Shown: piece by piece, positions 11,401 to 20,216 of the stretch | How positions within the stretch are numbered: the stretch's first letter is position 1 | Layout: the number at the start of each line of letters is the position of its first letter | From: Gammaproteobacteria bacterium | GTDB taxonomy: Bacteria; Pseudomonadota; Gammaproteobacteria; CBDBNL01; JAAOII01 | Reading direction: 5' to 3' | NCBI GenBank assembly: GCA_965209035.1 | Contig: OZ242372.1 | Span: 576,001-640,000, forward strand | Length of the DNA: 64,000 nt | The notes under the pieces: model-generated | Told to the model about the DNA's origin: nothing | Seen by the model: the letters and a program-made list of their open reading frames with translations, nothing else | Databases searched by the model: none | Translations under genes and position numbers: made by a program

Positions 11401-11787
11401 ATTCTGACTCTGCGGTTGAACCCCCGCCGGTCGCGTAACGGAAGTCCCCAACAACAACAGATCCGTAACCGCCTGATTAACCGCCAACACATTCCCGCCC
11501 CGCTTCTCGGCAATGGTGCCTCGCAGTTTTTCAATCGCCCGGTTCACATCCTCTTTGGTGCATCCTTTTTTAGGATCCGTACCAACATCATTAATAAGAT
11601 ACAACTGCTCCAATAAGATATCTTCCAGCACCACCCCGCCGGCTATCTGCTCCCTCTTTTTATTCGCATCAGCCGGAGGCAGATAGGCATAACCCATTTT
11701 CATCAGTGCCCGCAGAGCCGGGATCTGGACGCGTTCTTGTTCGGTGAACTTGGGTCTGGTAATGGAGGCCGCTTGTTTATCCATCAT
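8410..11787 (-). CDS. hsdR: Type I restriction enzyme R subunit
   Basis: RRPDIVLFVNG..ECK nuclease motif, HTQGSGKS, DEGHR, FTGTP, LLTGFDAP, QAIARVNR. Confidence 0.95.
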   Translation of the reverse strand: MMDKQAASITRPKFTEQERVQIPALRALMKMGYAYLPPADANKKREQIAGGVVLEDILLEQLYLINDVGTDPKKGCTKEDVNRAIEKLRGTIAEKRGGNVLAVNQAVTDLLLLGTSVTRPAGVQPQSQNVRFIDWRNWEKNAFHATAEYSLPTHRAEAGRGTRRPDIVLFVNGMPFVVLECKNKHGDLDNGIQQLQNYQKPEEIPQLFYYAQILICIADHLVKYATVGSEKGFWCKWKGDSAKDRDFNNIGEKRLTKEEKDLLFQDPFENQRSYFERMDANNKTADWTLWELCRPARLLELVHRFIVFEEKQGRLEKKVARTHQYELVRNALVRVSERDEYGRRRGGVVWHTQGSGKSLTMVMLAHHLKKDKEMRNARIVMVTDRKDLDKQIKGTFKSCGLEPVQATSARNLMQLIKGGEQVITTLVHKFDKARKGTQYRNPSKDIFVFVDEGHRTQYSELTASMAEFLPNACYIAFTGTPLLKKEKNTMVRFGPFIEPVYRMREALNDEVIVPLYYEGRKVNIHNKDKQQMDANVDRETEGMAPEKSERLKARYASVTEIISAPDVQRCIAENLVKDFTGSMDPPFKGQLVLPKKISALRFKQILDALDAKVAETERLNAKVIISTVGEHESHTEFTDEEKQLFAGFTRMVDQEGGESNYDKKFIEDFKQKDGKTRLLIVVDKLLTGFDAPLNKVLYLCKHLTDHALLQAIARVNRVYERKLNGRIVDYLGLLGNLQQSLSMYDELKGYEEQDLEGIVHSAEDQIEKIPAALEKLNSLFSGIKKDDQEAYETSLANEERRQEFYKAYAELARLVDIVLPIGYFGDEKHDAIRKECKKALEFYDRVRRFAHERFDTSAVDKALEANIRGILHRYVRASDVVADGNAMYLQEVNRGEPARDIESKNTDIAGRSELVDEGDGETKIPRVLVGGEVDINKVIAGEGKYAGRSPKSRAEILLNQAVSTIRAKRHEDPILYDKFSKMVDETIHRYQHGELFTPGDFNHTCRMVKDIENRKYLHVPAALEKAGNYKEVMPYYHIIAERVGKKLNNNEGLMSEVAMRIRSIASKHNRIGFAGSRDIQNKMQKEILEYFVKEVWKGEQISEELLKKIDDLMLDVIELVAENPN

Positions 11788-13448
11788 TATTTTTGTACTT
11801 TGTCTTGACTATTCTCATCATCTGACTCGATAAACATTACCTTAACATCCACTCCTTTTGTCTTCAAATTTGTTAAGGTCTTTTTAATTGATATTTGAGA
11901 GAAAAACGGTAAGTCCGTCAATTTTTTTCTCTGCTTTATTCCTTTCTTAAAAATAATCAAGTAATACACCTCGCACTTACTGGGACCGATATCTATTTCC
12001 GAAGATTTCATATTTTCTTCTTTCAATAAATCTTTAATAAATTCTAACTTTAAAAACTTGTCCCTTGATTCTTTAACTTGGGATAATAAATCATACGCAT
12101 TTTCTCCCTGAAAAAATAAGTGACTTAACCCATCCGAAGCTCTATATATTTTAATATGATAAAACCTATGTCTTTTTTCATCTAACATAGAGTAAACATC
12201 GCAAGGTTCAACTTGAGAAAGGTTTTCTGGAGCAATATTCTTTTTATCTAAACATCTACTTTTGTCTAAATAATTAGTAGCTAAATCTTCATTATAGGCA
12301 TTCTCGTTTTCGTGAGAATATTTGGGTTCCTTATCTCTTGGAATGATCCAATCACCCTTATCTAAGAATTCTTGTAATTTTTTTATATAAGATTCTTCTA
12401 CTTTATACCAGTCCCCGTTATACAAATAATATCGTTCATCCTCATATCGGACATCAAAAATAAAGCATTTACGAAATTTTAATTCCTTACCTATTTCATT
12501 GTCATCATTATCTACCCAGCACATACTGCTCTTATCTAATAAAATATCGTTATCCATTTCTTCCAACTGATCTCCAAAATACGCGTAGTAATTTTCCATA
12601 CTTAAATCGTTATAAGGCGATGAATATTTTTTCTTTGACCTTTTAAATCGTGTTTTTAAGTTCCGCCAATGATTATCCCATAGATCAGGAAAGTTCAGAT
12701 CCACTTGTTCATCGCGGCTTTTAACTGCCCTCACCAACAAATCATTTAGTTTAGAAATTGTTTGCCTATCCTTCTCTTTGACGAAGTTGTGCATAAAAGG
12801 AAATTTTTTCTTATATGTTTCATCCCGGTATAGGTCCAACAATTTAGAACATAAGTCATTAAGTTCTTTGGGACTGTATTTTGTTTGCATATGTAAACTA
12901 TCGGAACCGGCAGGATGTTGAAAATACTTTTTATACTTATCTTGAACATAACCAACCAAAGAATTAAAAACTTCTTGCTCTTCTTCCAAGTCAAAAAAAG
13001 CAAGGTTATTTGATCGCAATAGTTTGGTTGTACGCTGTATTCGCTGACCGGGAGAATGAGTCGATGCCATTCTTAATTTTTGTTCATCCACCGCATTTAA
13101 AGTGACTCTCAACCCAAAATCATTTTCATAAGAATCATTATTCAACTTATGAAAAGCATGTCCATGCGAAAACACAAAATATCTGTCATTTGATTTCCAA
13201 AAGATCAAAGCACCCGACATGACTCTTCTTGATTCTTCTTTGTCCTCATTAATGTTGCCCTTGTCAATTTTCCAGTAAGCAACCCACCAAGGATCAAGAA
13301 TAGATTTATCTTGAATATATATTTCAGTTCCCTCATACGGATGAGATGTATTAACTCTTTCCATCTCATGATCTTCAATTAATGAGTTCTCCGGTTCAAA
13401 TCCCAATTTCAAAAGATAAATTGAAAAACCACTGCTTTTTTTCTCCAT
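11787..13448 (-). CDS. TIGR04141/DUF6119-like sporadically distributed protein
   Basis: FSIYLLK N-terminus, FGLRVTLN, E..YN, VEPCD...HIK...LSHLFFQG, LPFFSQI motifs; lies between hsdS and hsdR. Confidence 0.7.
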   Translation of the reverse strand: MEKKSSGFSIYLLKLGFEPENSLIEDHEMERVNTSHPYEGTEIYIQDKSILDPWWVAYWKIDKGNINEDKEESRRVMSGALIFWKSNDRYFVFSHGHAFHKLNNDSYENDFGLRVTLNAVDEQKLRMASTHSPGQRIQRTTKLLRSNNLAFFDLEEEQEVFNSLVGYVQDKYKKYFQHPAGSDSLHMQTKYSPKELNDLCSKLLDLYRDETYKKKFPFMHNFVKEKDRQTISKLNDLLVRAVKSRDEQVDLNFPDLWDNHWRNLKTRFKRSKKKYSSPYNDLSMENYYAYFGDQLEEMDNDILLDKSSMCWVDNDDNEIGKELKFRKCFIFDVRYEDERYYLYNGDWYKVEESYIKKLQEFLDKGDWIIPRDKEPKYSHENENAYNEDLATNYLDKSRCLDKKNIAPENLSQVEPCDVYSMLDEKRHRFYHIKIYRASDGLSHLFFQGENAYDLLSQVKESRDKFLKLEFIKDLLKEENMKSSEIDIGPSKCEVYYLIIFKKGIKQRKKLTDLPFFSQISIKKTLTNLKTKGVDVKVMFIESDDENSQDKVQK

Positions 13449-13460
13449 TGTTATTTCCTC

Positions 13461-14684
13461 TTAACCTTCCTTCACGACCACTTGCCATTTTCCCGTTAAT
13501 AGTTTCTCCATAAGGGATTTCTTTTGCAAGTGGTATTTATCTTTAATTTTTCTAAGTAGTTCTATTTCTTTCTTACATTTATTTAATCCTTGCACTATCT
13601 CATTTTGCTCTATTACAGAGGGTATAAACATCTCAATAGAGCCAAGATCAGAAAACCGTAATACTTGCCGAACGCTGCCTTGAGTGCTATTTCTTATCCG
13701 CATACGTGCTTCATGCGAAGATAGCCAATGCAAAAAGAAATCGGAAACTACTTTTGTTTCATCCACAGAAAAAATAACATACATAGGACTAACAATACCT
13801 CGATCCCAATTATCTAATCGAGCAATAGATCCTACATTTATTCTTGCAGGATTGTAGCTGTACTGTCCCCTGCACACCATCTTATAATTGGTCAGATTTA
13901 TGCTTGCCACCCGCCGTAAAAATTGCTCTTGTGCCAGGACAAATCCGTTTTTATTTGTTACACTTAATACTCTATCCACCTGATTGTCTTTATTACGAAT
14001 AGAAATCTCGGTCAGAGCATCTTGTAGTTTTATCTTTTTTCTCTTAGGCGAGCCAGTGCCAGTTACCAACTTTTGCACAAGGTACTTGAAATATTTTTCC
14101 TTCGCTTCTATTAACTTCTCAGTCTTTTGAATGGCTTGATCCCAGGTGGATAGGATGGCAACTATTTTCTTTTGGTCCGATAGTGGTGGAAAAATTAACA
14201 CAACTTTTTTAATGTCTTTGGCATACAAGTGAACGATGGTTATACCTTGTGCGTATATTGCAATTTCTTTCTTTTTTATGTGTGTAAGATAGAATGCCAA
14301 AAAAACAGGGTCATACTCAATTAAGTTTTTAGACCTAATAATATTTACATCTGCTCCCAATAACACATCATCTTCCAATAAGGCGGTAGCATTCGCCAAA
14401 TCTAATGCAATAGTTGTGGTTGAGCCGGGCAATAAAACATCCCCCGTTTTGGAAGAAATACCCTTTTTGAGATTGGTATGACTCTGCACTGTTGAAATAA
14501 CCTCAGAATACTTCGTATACAATTCACCGTAAAGAATACATTTATACTTACCCTCTTTATCGAGATGAGATTTTAATAATGTATTTCCGCGAAACACCTC
14601 TGCCACATCACCTACCGCTGCTTTTTTCCACTTTGATTGTAATTTAACTTTTTCCATTTTATTGGCCTTATCTTTTTTACTCAT
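13461..14684 (-). CDS. hsdS: Type I R-M specificity subunit
   Basis: Two TRDs with conserved spacers PPLSDQKKIVAILSTWD and PSVIEQ...KKSLMEKLLTGK. Confidence 0.93.
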   Translation of the reverse strand: MSKKDKANKMEKVKLQSKWKKAAVGDVAEVFRGNTLLKSHLDKEGKYKCILYGELYTKYSEVISTVQSHTNLKKGISSKTGDVLLPGSTTTIALDLANATALLEDDVLLGADVNIIRSKNLIEYDPVFLAFYLTHIKKKEIAIYAQGITIVHLYAKDIKKVVLIFPPLSDQKKIVAILSTWDQAIQKTEKLIEAKEKYFKYLVQKLVTGTGSPKRKKIKLQDALTEISIRNKDNQVDRVLSVTNKNGFVLAQEQFLRRVASINLTNYKMVCRGQYSYNPARINVGSIARLDNWDRGIVSPMYVIFSVDETKVVSDFFLHWLSSHEARMRIRNSTQGSVRQVLRFSDLGSIEMFIPSVIEQNEIVQGLNKCKKEIELLRKIKDKYHLQKKSLMEKLLTGKWQVVVKEG

Positions 14685-14719
14685 ATTTCAATTGCAATAA
14701 ACCATTTTTTCTAAATCAT

Positions 14720-14761
14720 AAAAGGATGCGGAGGAAGCGAATGCTCCCGCCGAATCCTTTT
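14720..14761 (-). terminator. Imperfect hairpin, putative intrinsic terminator after the GIY-YIG gene
   Basis: aaaaggat-gcggag...ctcccgc..atcctttt inverted repeat; T-rich tail on the minus strand. Confidence 0.5.
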
Positions 14762-14766
14762 CGGTT

Positions 14767-15072
14767 TTATCTTTCACCACAAGATGGCTTGAATACAGTC
14801 CGAGTTGATTGTTCCACAATATCTCTGTCCGCTTTGGAATCAACATAGTAGACATAGATATTATCCTCATTAGAGGACCAGCCATTTTGTTTCCAACAAT
14901 CTTCACGATCGTGATCGCTCAAACGATCTGCGAGTGTTTCAGATTGACCAACATCTACAACTTTCGTACCTGCATTGTCATAGACAACATAGACACCCGG
15001 CTGATTTCCAATAGCACCACTATCCTTTTGAAAGGGTCCCTCAAAAGAATAGCCTAATATATTTTTTGTCAT
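14767..15072 (-). CDS. Small stand-alone GIY-YIG nuclease
   Basis: PGVYVVYD...VVDVGQSETLADRLSDH...IVE; ATG at 15072 preferred over the upstream TTG. Confidence 0.7.
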   Translation of the reverse strand: MTKNILGYSFEGPFQKDSGAIGNQPGVYVVYDNAGTKVVDVGQSETLADRLSDHDREDCWKQNGWSSNEDNIYVYYVDSKADRDIVEQSTRTVFKPSCGER

Positions 15073-15196
15073 AATGATTATTATTAATGATTTGTTAATA
15101 TAGGTTCGGCATAGGTCAAAGTCAAACATTGCCCATACCTATTATTCAAAGAAGTTCCCCTCTCCAAATTCGTTTTACTTTTCCGTAAGAGTACTT

Positions 15197-16762
15197 TCAT
15201 TTCTTCGCCGAGTTTTGTTTCTCAAGTTCTACCAGATGCTCTTTCATTTCGGCACGGACGGTTGTCAGTTGCGTTTCCAATTCTTCTATCTCCAGTTGCA
15301 ACTTATGCGGATCCTGCACTTCATCTTCTTTGTATGTATCCACATAGCGCGGGATGTTTAAGTTATAGTCATTAACCTCTATATCCTTCGGGCTGGCAAG
15401 GTAAGCATAGCCGGGAACACTTTTTCTCTTTTTACGGGTTTCAAGAATCTTGCCAATATGCTCGTCTGCGATACTGTTTTGGTTCTTCCCGGCATCAAAA
15501 TCACGCGAGGCATCTATAAACAAAACATCTTTACGATCCGCATTAACACCGCCGGGTTGGCGCGACTTGTCAAATACAAGAATCGTCACAGGAATACCGG
15601 TACTTTGAAACAGGTTTGACGGCAAGCCAACGACAGTATCCAGCAGATTGTCCTCTATGACACTGCGGCGAATTCGCCCTTCCGATGCCCCGCGAAACAG
15701 AACACCATGCGGGACAATAACCGCCACTCGCCCTTTTTGCGGAGTGGCGGCCGCTATCATATGGGATAAAAACGCCCAGTCCCCTCTGCCATCTGATGGC
15801 ACTCCTCGGTGAAAGCGACCATACCTGTCATCTTCTACCTGGCCGGCACCCCAATTTTTTAACGAAAACGGCGGGTTGGCAACAATGACCTCAAACTTTA
15901 ACAAGTCGTCTCCGTCTTTTAACTGAGGGTCCGTAAGAGCATTGCATTTCTCCAGCCGGGCATCGTTTGTGTTTGGTAAGGCACTGAGCAGAAAGTTCAT
16001 GCGTGCCATAGCCCAAGTATTGTTATTGATTTCCATACCGGCAAGTCTGTAATTTTTTGTGCCGAATTGTTTGTATAACACGCGGGCCGCCTCCAGCAGC
16101 AAGGAGCCGGAACCACATGCCGGGTCGCAAATTTTGTCACCTGCAACCGGCGCGGCAAGGCGGGCTACCAGTTCTGATATCTTGTGCGGGGTGTAAAATT
16201 CGCCCGCCTTCTTACCGGCATCCGAAGCAAAACGCTCTATAAGGTAAATGTAAGAATTGCCAATAATATCATCGGAGATTTCGTCCTTGCCAAAATCGGG
16301 TAAACGGTTAAATCCTTCCAAAAGTTTTCTCAGCCGGCTGTTGCGATCGCGGGTTTCGCCCAAGTTTTCGTCGCTATTGAAATTCACATTACTAAAAATA
16401 CCTTCAAACTTGTCGCTGTTTGCCGTTTCTATCTTGCGAAGTTTTTTGTTGATTTGGTCACCGATATCGTCGTCGTTTCTGGCTTCATACAAAGAATGGA
16501 AATCACACTCTTCCGGTATGCGCCAATCTTCCAATTCCAACATCCTGGCGACAACTCCGGGTTTATCTCCGTGTTCGCTTTGAATCGTTTTTTTGTGCTT
16601 GGCGAATACATCCGAAATATATTTCCAAAACAAGGTGACCAGGATGTAGTCCTTGTATTGAGTCGGATCCATAGGACCGCGAAAAGTATCGCATGCCGAC
16701 CAAACAATGCGATTGATGTCGGCGGAGGCGATTGTTTTTTTCTCTTGATTTTTATTGTTCAT
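15197..16762 (-). CDS. hsdM: Type I R-M methyltransferase subunit
   Basis: GEFYTP, DPACGSG, ANPPF, PHGVLFRG, YNLNIPRYV. Confidence 0.96.
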   Translation of the reverse strand: MNNKNQEKKTIASADINRIVWSACDTFRGPMDPTQYKDYILVTLFWKYISDVFAKHKKTIQSEHGDKPGVVARMLELEDWRIPEECDFHSLYEARNDDDIGDQINKKLRKIETANSDKFEGIFSNVNFNSDENLGETRDRNSRLRKLLEGFNRLPDFGKDEISDDIIGNSYIYLIERFASDAGKKAGEFYTPHKISELVARLAAPVAGDKICDPACGSGSLLLEAARVLYKQFGTKNYRLAGMEINNNTWAMARMNFLLSALPNTNDARLEKCNALTDPQLKDGDDLLKFEVIVANPPFSLKNWGAGQVEDDRYGRFHRGVPSDGRGDWAFLSHMIAAATPQKGRVAVIVPHGVLFRGASEGRIRRSVIEDNLLDTVVGLPSNLFQSTGIPVTILVFDKSRQPGGVNADRKDVLFIDASRDFDAGKNQNSIADEHIGKILETRKKRKSVPGYAYLASPKDIEVNDYNLNIPRYVDTYKEDEVQDPHKLQLEIEELETQLTTVRAEMKEHLVELEKQNSAKK

Positions 16763-16774
16763 GATTTAATAGTT

Positions 16775-17713
16775 TTATTTCTGTTCCTCTAAATAATAAT
16801 CGTGTCGGACAAAGTTCATTAACTTGCCTTGAATATACTCTTCCCGCTTGGCCGTCAATTGTTTGGTCAGTTGTTTTTGTTTGATAAGCAATTTATTGAT
16901 TGCCCCGATATCGCGTTGCCTTCTAATTGAAGGAATAAGAACGCGCATCTTGCCCAATATTTTCAAAGTGACTTGTCGCAATAAAGTTCCTTCCGAATGT
17001 CTTATCAGAAATCTTTGCACCAAGGGACTGTTAATGAACCAATGAAGGTAATGCGGAATTAAAGATTCCATATCTCTAATGCGAATTCTGACAAGTGGCA
17101 GTGCAAATACGGTGTCTTCGGGAACATCGCCGCCGACCAAAACAGCCCGGTAGTTATTGCCTCTGGTTTTTAGCAGGATATCCCCCGAACGCAGTGCGTA
17201 GTTTTTTAAGATGTCTTGGCGACGCTTCCGCTTTTCTTCGGGTGTGTAAGTATCCCATTTGTGTTGAACAATGGTTCTTCTCGCCGTAGAACTATGTCGG
17301 TTGATGTTTCTGCCATATTCCAAATAATCTTTCTCACCCCCGCGATCGGACAAATAGCGGACACGATGCAGCATAATTTCCCCGATCCTTTTCATATCTA
17401 TCGTGTCGTCTGTTGTGATATCTCGCATGAGTATCGTCCGCATATAGTCACCCGGCAATGGTGAACCCTCCTGTCGAAAACCTGCTCTAACAACACCGGG
17501 ATATAACGACAACCCGCCCTTGATCTCAGCGACCTTCCCCAAAAAATCTTCCGAGAGTGCTTCTGTGCTACCAGTATCTATTTGTAACATACTCTTATTA
17601 TAGTTAAGAAAATATAAATTATAACGATTTTCTTTACTTTTATACACTTTTATAAAAATAAAGTCATTACTATTATAATCTAAAAGCATCTTCTTTGTTC
17701 GCCTCTTCTGCAA
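16775..17713 (-). CDS. HsdS-like half subunit (single TRD); start uncertain
   Basis: LRSGDILLKTRG, YLHWFINSP, IPSIRRQRDI + coiled coil; directly upstream of hsdM. Confidence 0.7.
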   Translation of the reverse strand: MQKRRTKKMLLDYNSNDFIFIKVYKSKENRYNLYFLNYNKSMLQIDTGSTEALSEDFLGKVAEIKGGLSLYPGVVRAGFRQEGSPLPGDYMRTILMRDITTDDTIDMKRIGEIMLHRVRYLSDRGGEKDYLEYGRNINRHSSTARRTIVQHKWDTYTPEEKRKRRQDILKNYALRSGDILLKTRGNNYRAVLVGGDVPEDTVFALPLVRIRIRDMESLIPHYLHWFINSPLVQRFLIRHSEGTLLRQVTLKILGKMRVLIPSIRRQRDIGAINKLLIKQKQLTKQLTAKREEYIQGKLMNFVRHDYYLEEQK

Positions 17714-17774
17714 TTAAACTGAGAACAATAATCTCTCTGCTATAAAATACACTAATTACTATCAATCACTACAA

Positions 17775-18920
17775 ATGAACGAAACTAAATCTCCCGATTG
17801 GGGGCCATTGCGGTCAAAGGCAGAAAAACTTCCCGCCTTGCCGGTATCGGAGCGGCAACCGCCCACTTTGATAGAGGTTACCGGCTATCAGGCCAAGGAG
17901 AATTTTTGTAGCAATATACTGGCATTCTTTTTTCAAACCGATGCGGAGCATGATATGGGCGACCTGGTGGTGTCTTCCCTGCTCGAGGCGGTCTCGGCAA
18001 AAGGTGACGGCACAGATATTGCAACCGATGACATCAAGGTTAACAATGTTGCAAGAGAATATCTCACAGATGACGGCAAACGCATAGACCTGTTAATTGA
18101 AACGCGCCGACATATCATCGGCATAGAAAACAAAATATACGCCTGGGCTTATAACGATTTTGAGGAATACGAAAAAACTATAAAAGATCTTGCCGCCAAT
18201 GATTTTGGCAGTGCTGCCAAACGACAGCCAGTTTGTGTTTTACTCAGCCCTTATGAGCAGAAAAAACACAAAAGTTTTATTCCGATTACCTATGATGATT
18301 TTTTTGAAAGAATTGAGAAGAAACTGGGCAAGTATGCTACGGCTGCGAATCCGGAATATCTACAATTTTTATTACACTTTATAAGAACAATACAAAATAT
18401 CACTATGAACGATAAAAAAAACAGCCAATTTAAAGAGGAAATGAAAGCGGTTCTCGAGAAAAAAGAGAACACCAAAGAAATCACAGATTTTTTTGAGAAA
18501 TGCACAAGGTATAAAGGGATGTTGGATCAAAGTCTCTTGAGCACAGAACATCTAAAACACTTCGAGGAGAAGCAGCCGAACATCATTAACACTTGGATCC
18601 ATCGAAAGCAGACTCTTGTTATAGATTGTAATTATGATAAACAGAGCCCTACTCTTGCCATAGACATATGGACTTGTTTTCCCGATCATGCGGATATGGC
18701 TATATTCTTCAGAAAGAATAATTGGGAGGAAAGGTTAAGGTCTTTTCTCAACAATTATGCGTTGGATAAAAAATTTGAGATGGATGAAAACATCGGCAGG
18801 TTTCGGATAAAGGAACCCATCCCCATCAATGAAATAACTGACGAGAACAATGCTTTGGGCGACCTGATAAAAGCCCTTTTCAAAGAACACGAAACAAAAG
18901 CGAAGCAGGCAAACGAATGA
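17775..18920 (+). CDS. PD-(D/E)XK nuclease (PDDEXK_4-like), array copy 1
   Basis: KENFCSNILAFF, REY...KRIDLLI...IGIENKIYA. Confidence 0.8.
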   Translation: MNETKSPDWGPLRSKAEKLPALPVSERQPPTLIEVTGYQAKENFCSNILAFFFQTDAEHDMGDLVVSSLLEAVSAKGDGTDIATDDIKVNNVAREYLTDDGKRIDLLIETRRHIIGIENKIYAWAYNDFEEYEKTIKDLAANDFGSAAKRQPVCVLLSPYEQKKHKSFIPITYDDFFERIEKKLGKYATAANPEYLQFLLHFIRTIQNITMNDKKNSQFKEEMKAVLEKKENTKEITDFFEKCTRYKGMLDQSLLSTEHLKHFEEKQPNIINTWIHRKQTLVIDCNYDKQSPTLAIDIWTCFPDHADMAIFFRKNNWEERLRSFLNNYALDKKFEMDENIGRFRIKEPIPINEITDENNALGDLIKALFKEHETKAKQANE

Positions 18921-18977
18921 CCTTTGGTTTGGTGCAATTCAAATATTCTGTTTCGCTATAAGTTATAAATCAAAATT

Positions 18978-20156
18978 ATGGACGAAATTCTAATTGCCAG
19001 ATGGACGGAATTGCTACGGAAGGCGGAAGCCGAAGGGATTCTTTCTTTGGGGACAGTGGAACAACCACCGACTTTTATAGAGATCACCCGCCACCAGAGA
19101 AAAGAGAATTTTTGTAGCAATATATTAGCATTCTTTTTTAAAACAGGCGCCCAACATCATCTCGGTGATCTGTTGGTATCTTCTTTGCTTGAAGTATATA
19201 AAGAAAAAAGCCCGGATGATAATTTTGCGACCGAGGGCATAGAAGTTGTCAATGTTAGCAGAGAGTACAGCACGGATGAAAGAAAACGCATAGACCTGCT
19301 GATAAAAACCAGAAGACATGTCATCGGCATAGAGAACAAAATATATGCCGATGCCTATAACAACGATTTTAAGAATTATGAGAAAACTATAAGAGAGGTT
19401 GCCTCAAACTATTTGGATGATTCTTCCAAACTAAAACCTGTTTATGTGATACTTAGCCTTAATAAGCAAGAACAACATGAAAATTTTATTCCGATTACTT
19501 ACGATGAATTTTTTAAAAAAATTGAAAAGAACTTGGGTAAGTATGTGATGGATGCAAATCCAAAATACCTACCTTTTTTATTAGACTTTATAAAGACAAT
19601 ACAAAATCTAACTATGAACAACGAACTTAATCAAGAAATACAAGAATTTCTACAAAAAGAAAAAGACAATGTGGAAAAAATAGAACAACTTACCGATGCC
19701 ATTCAAAAGTATAAGGAGCATCTCAGGGAACGACTGATAGGAGATAAAAAATTATTAGAACATTTCAATAAAAAATCTGACATCATCGGTGCAGATTGGA
19801 AGAACGGCACAGGAGGTAAGAAAAAATATATTTACATCGGTTTTAAGGAAAGGATTGATCAAGACCACACACACTTTGGGATAGATCTTTTTCATTGCTT
19901 ACCTGCTAGCGTAACTATTGATGTATTTCTCCACAAAAAAGATTGGTCTTTGGAACATTCGGAATGGACAAAGAAACTCTTGCGTGATTCTTCTCTGGAA
20001 AAAGAATTTAAAGTGTCAGAAAAGGACGAAAATAAATTCCGAATAAAAGAATCAATTCCTATGGATAAAATAACAAATGAGGACAATGTTCTCGACAGGT
20101 TGATAAAAGCTATTCTCAAAGAATACGAAACAAAAGCGAAACAGGCCGGCGAATGA
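18978..20156 (+). CDS. PD-(D/E)XK nuclease (PDDEXK_4-like), array copy 2
   Basis: Same motifs; N-terminal ~212 aa nearly identical to copy 3. Confidence 0.8.
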   Translation: MDEILIARWTELLRKAEAEGILSLGTVEQPPTFIEITRHQRKENFCSNILAFFFKTGAQHHLGDLLVSSLLEVYKEKSPDDNFATEGIEVVNVSREYSTDERKRIDLLIKTRRHVIGIENKIYADAYNNDFKNYEKTIREVASNYLDDSSKLKPVYVILSLNKQEQHENFIPITYDEFFKKIEKNLGKYVMDANPKYLPFLLDFIKTIQNLTMNNELNQEIQEFLQKEKDNVEKIEQLTDAIQKYKEHLRERLIGDKKLLEHFNKKSDIIGADWKNGTGGKKKYIYIGFKERIDQDHTHFGIDLFHCLPASVTIDVFLHKKDWSLEHSEWTKKLLRDSSLEKEFKVSEKDENKFRIKESIPMDKITNEDNVLDRLIKAILKEYETKAKQAGE

Positions 20157-20216
20157 CATTCGGTTTGGTGCAATTCAAATATTCTGTTTCGCTATAAGTT
20201 ATAGATAAAAGAAATA

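Noticed and set aside
18921-18977. Integron attC sites between the nuclease genes
   Set aside because: No RYYYAAC/GTTRRRY boxes or long imperfect palindrome; no integrase
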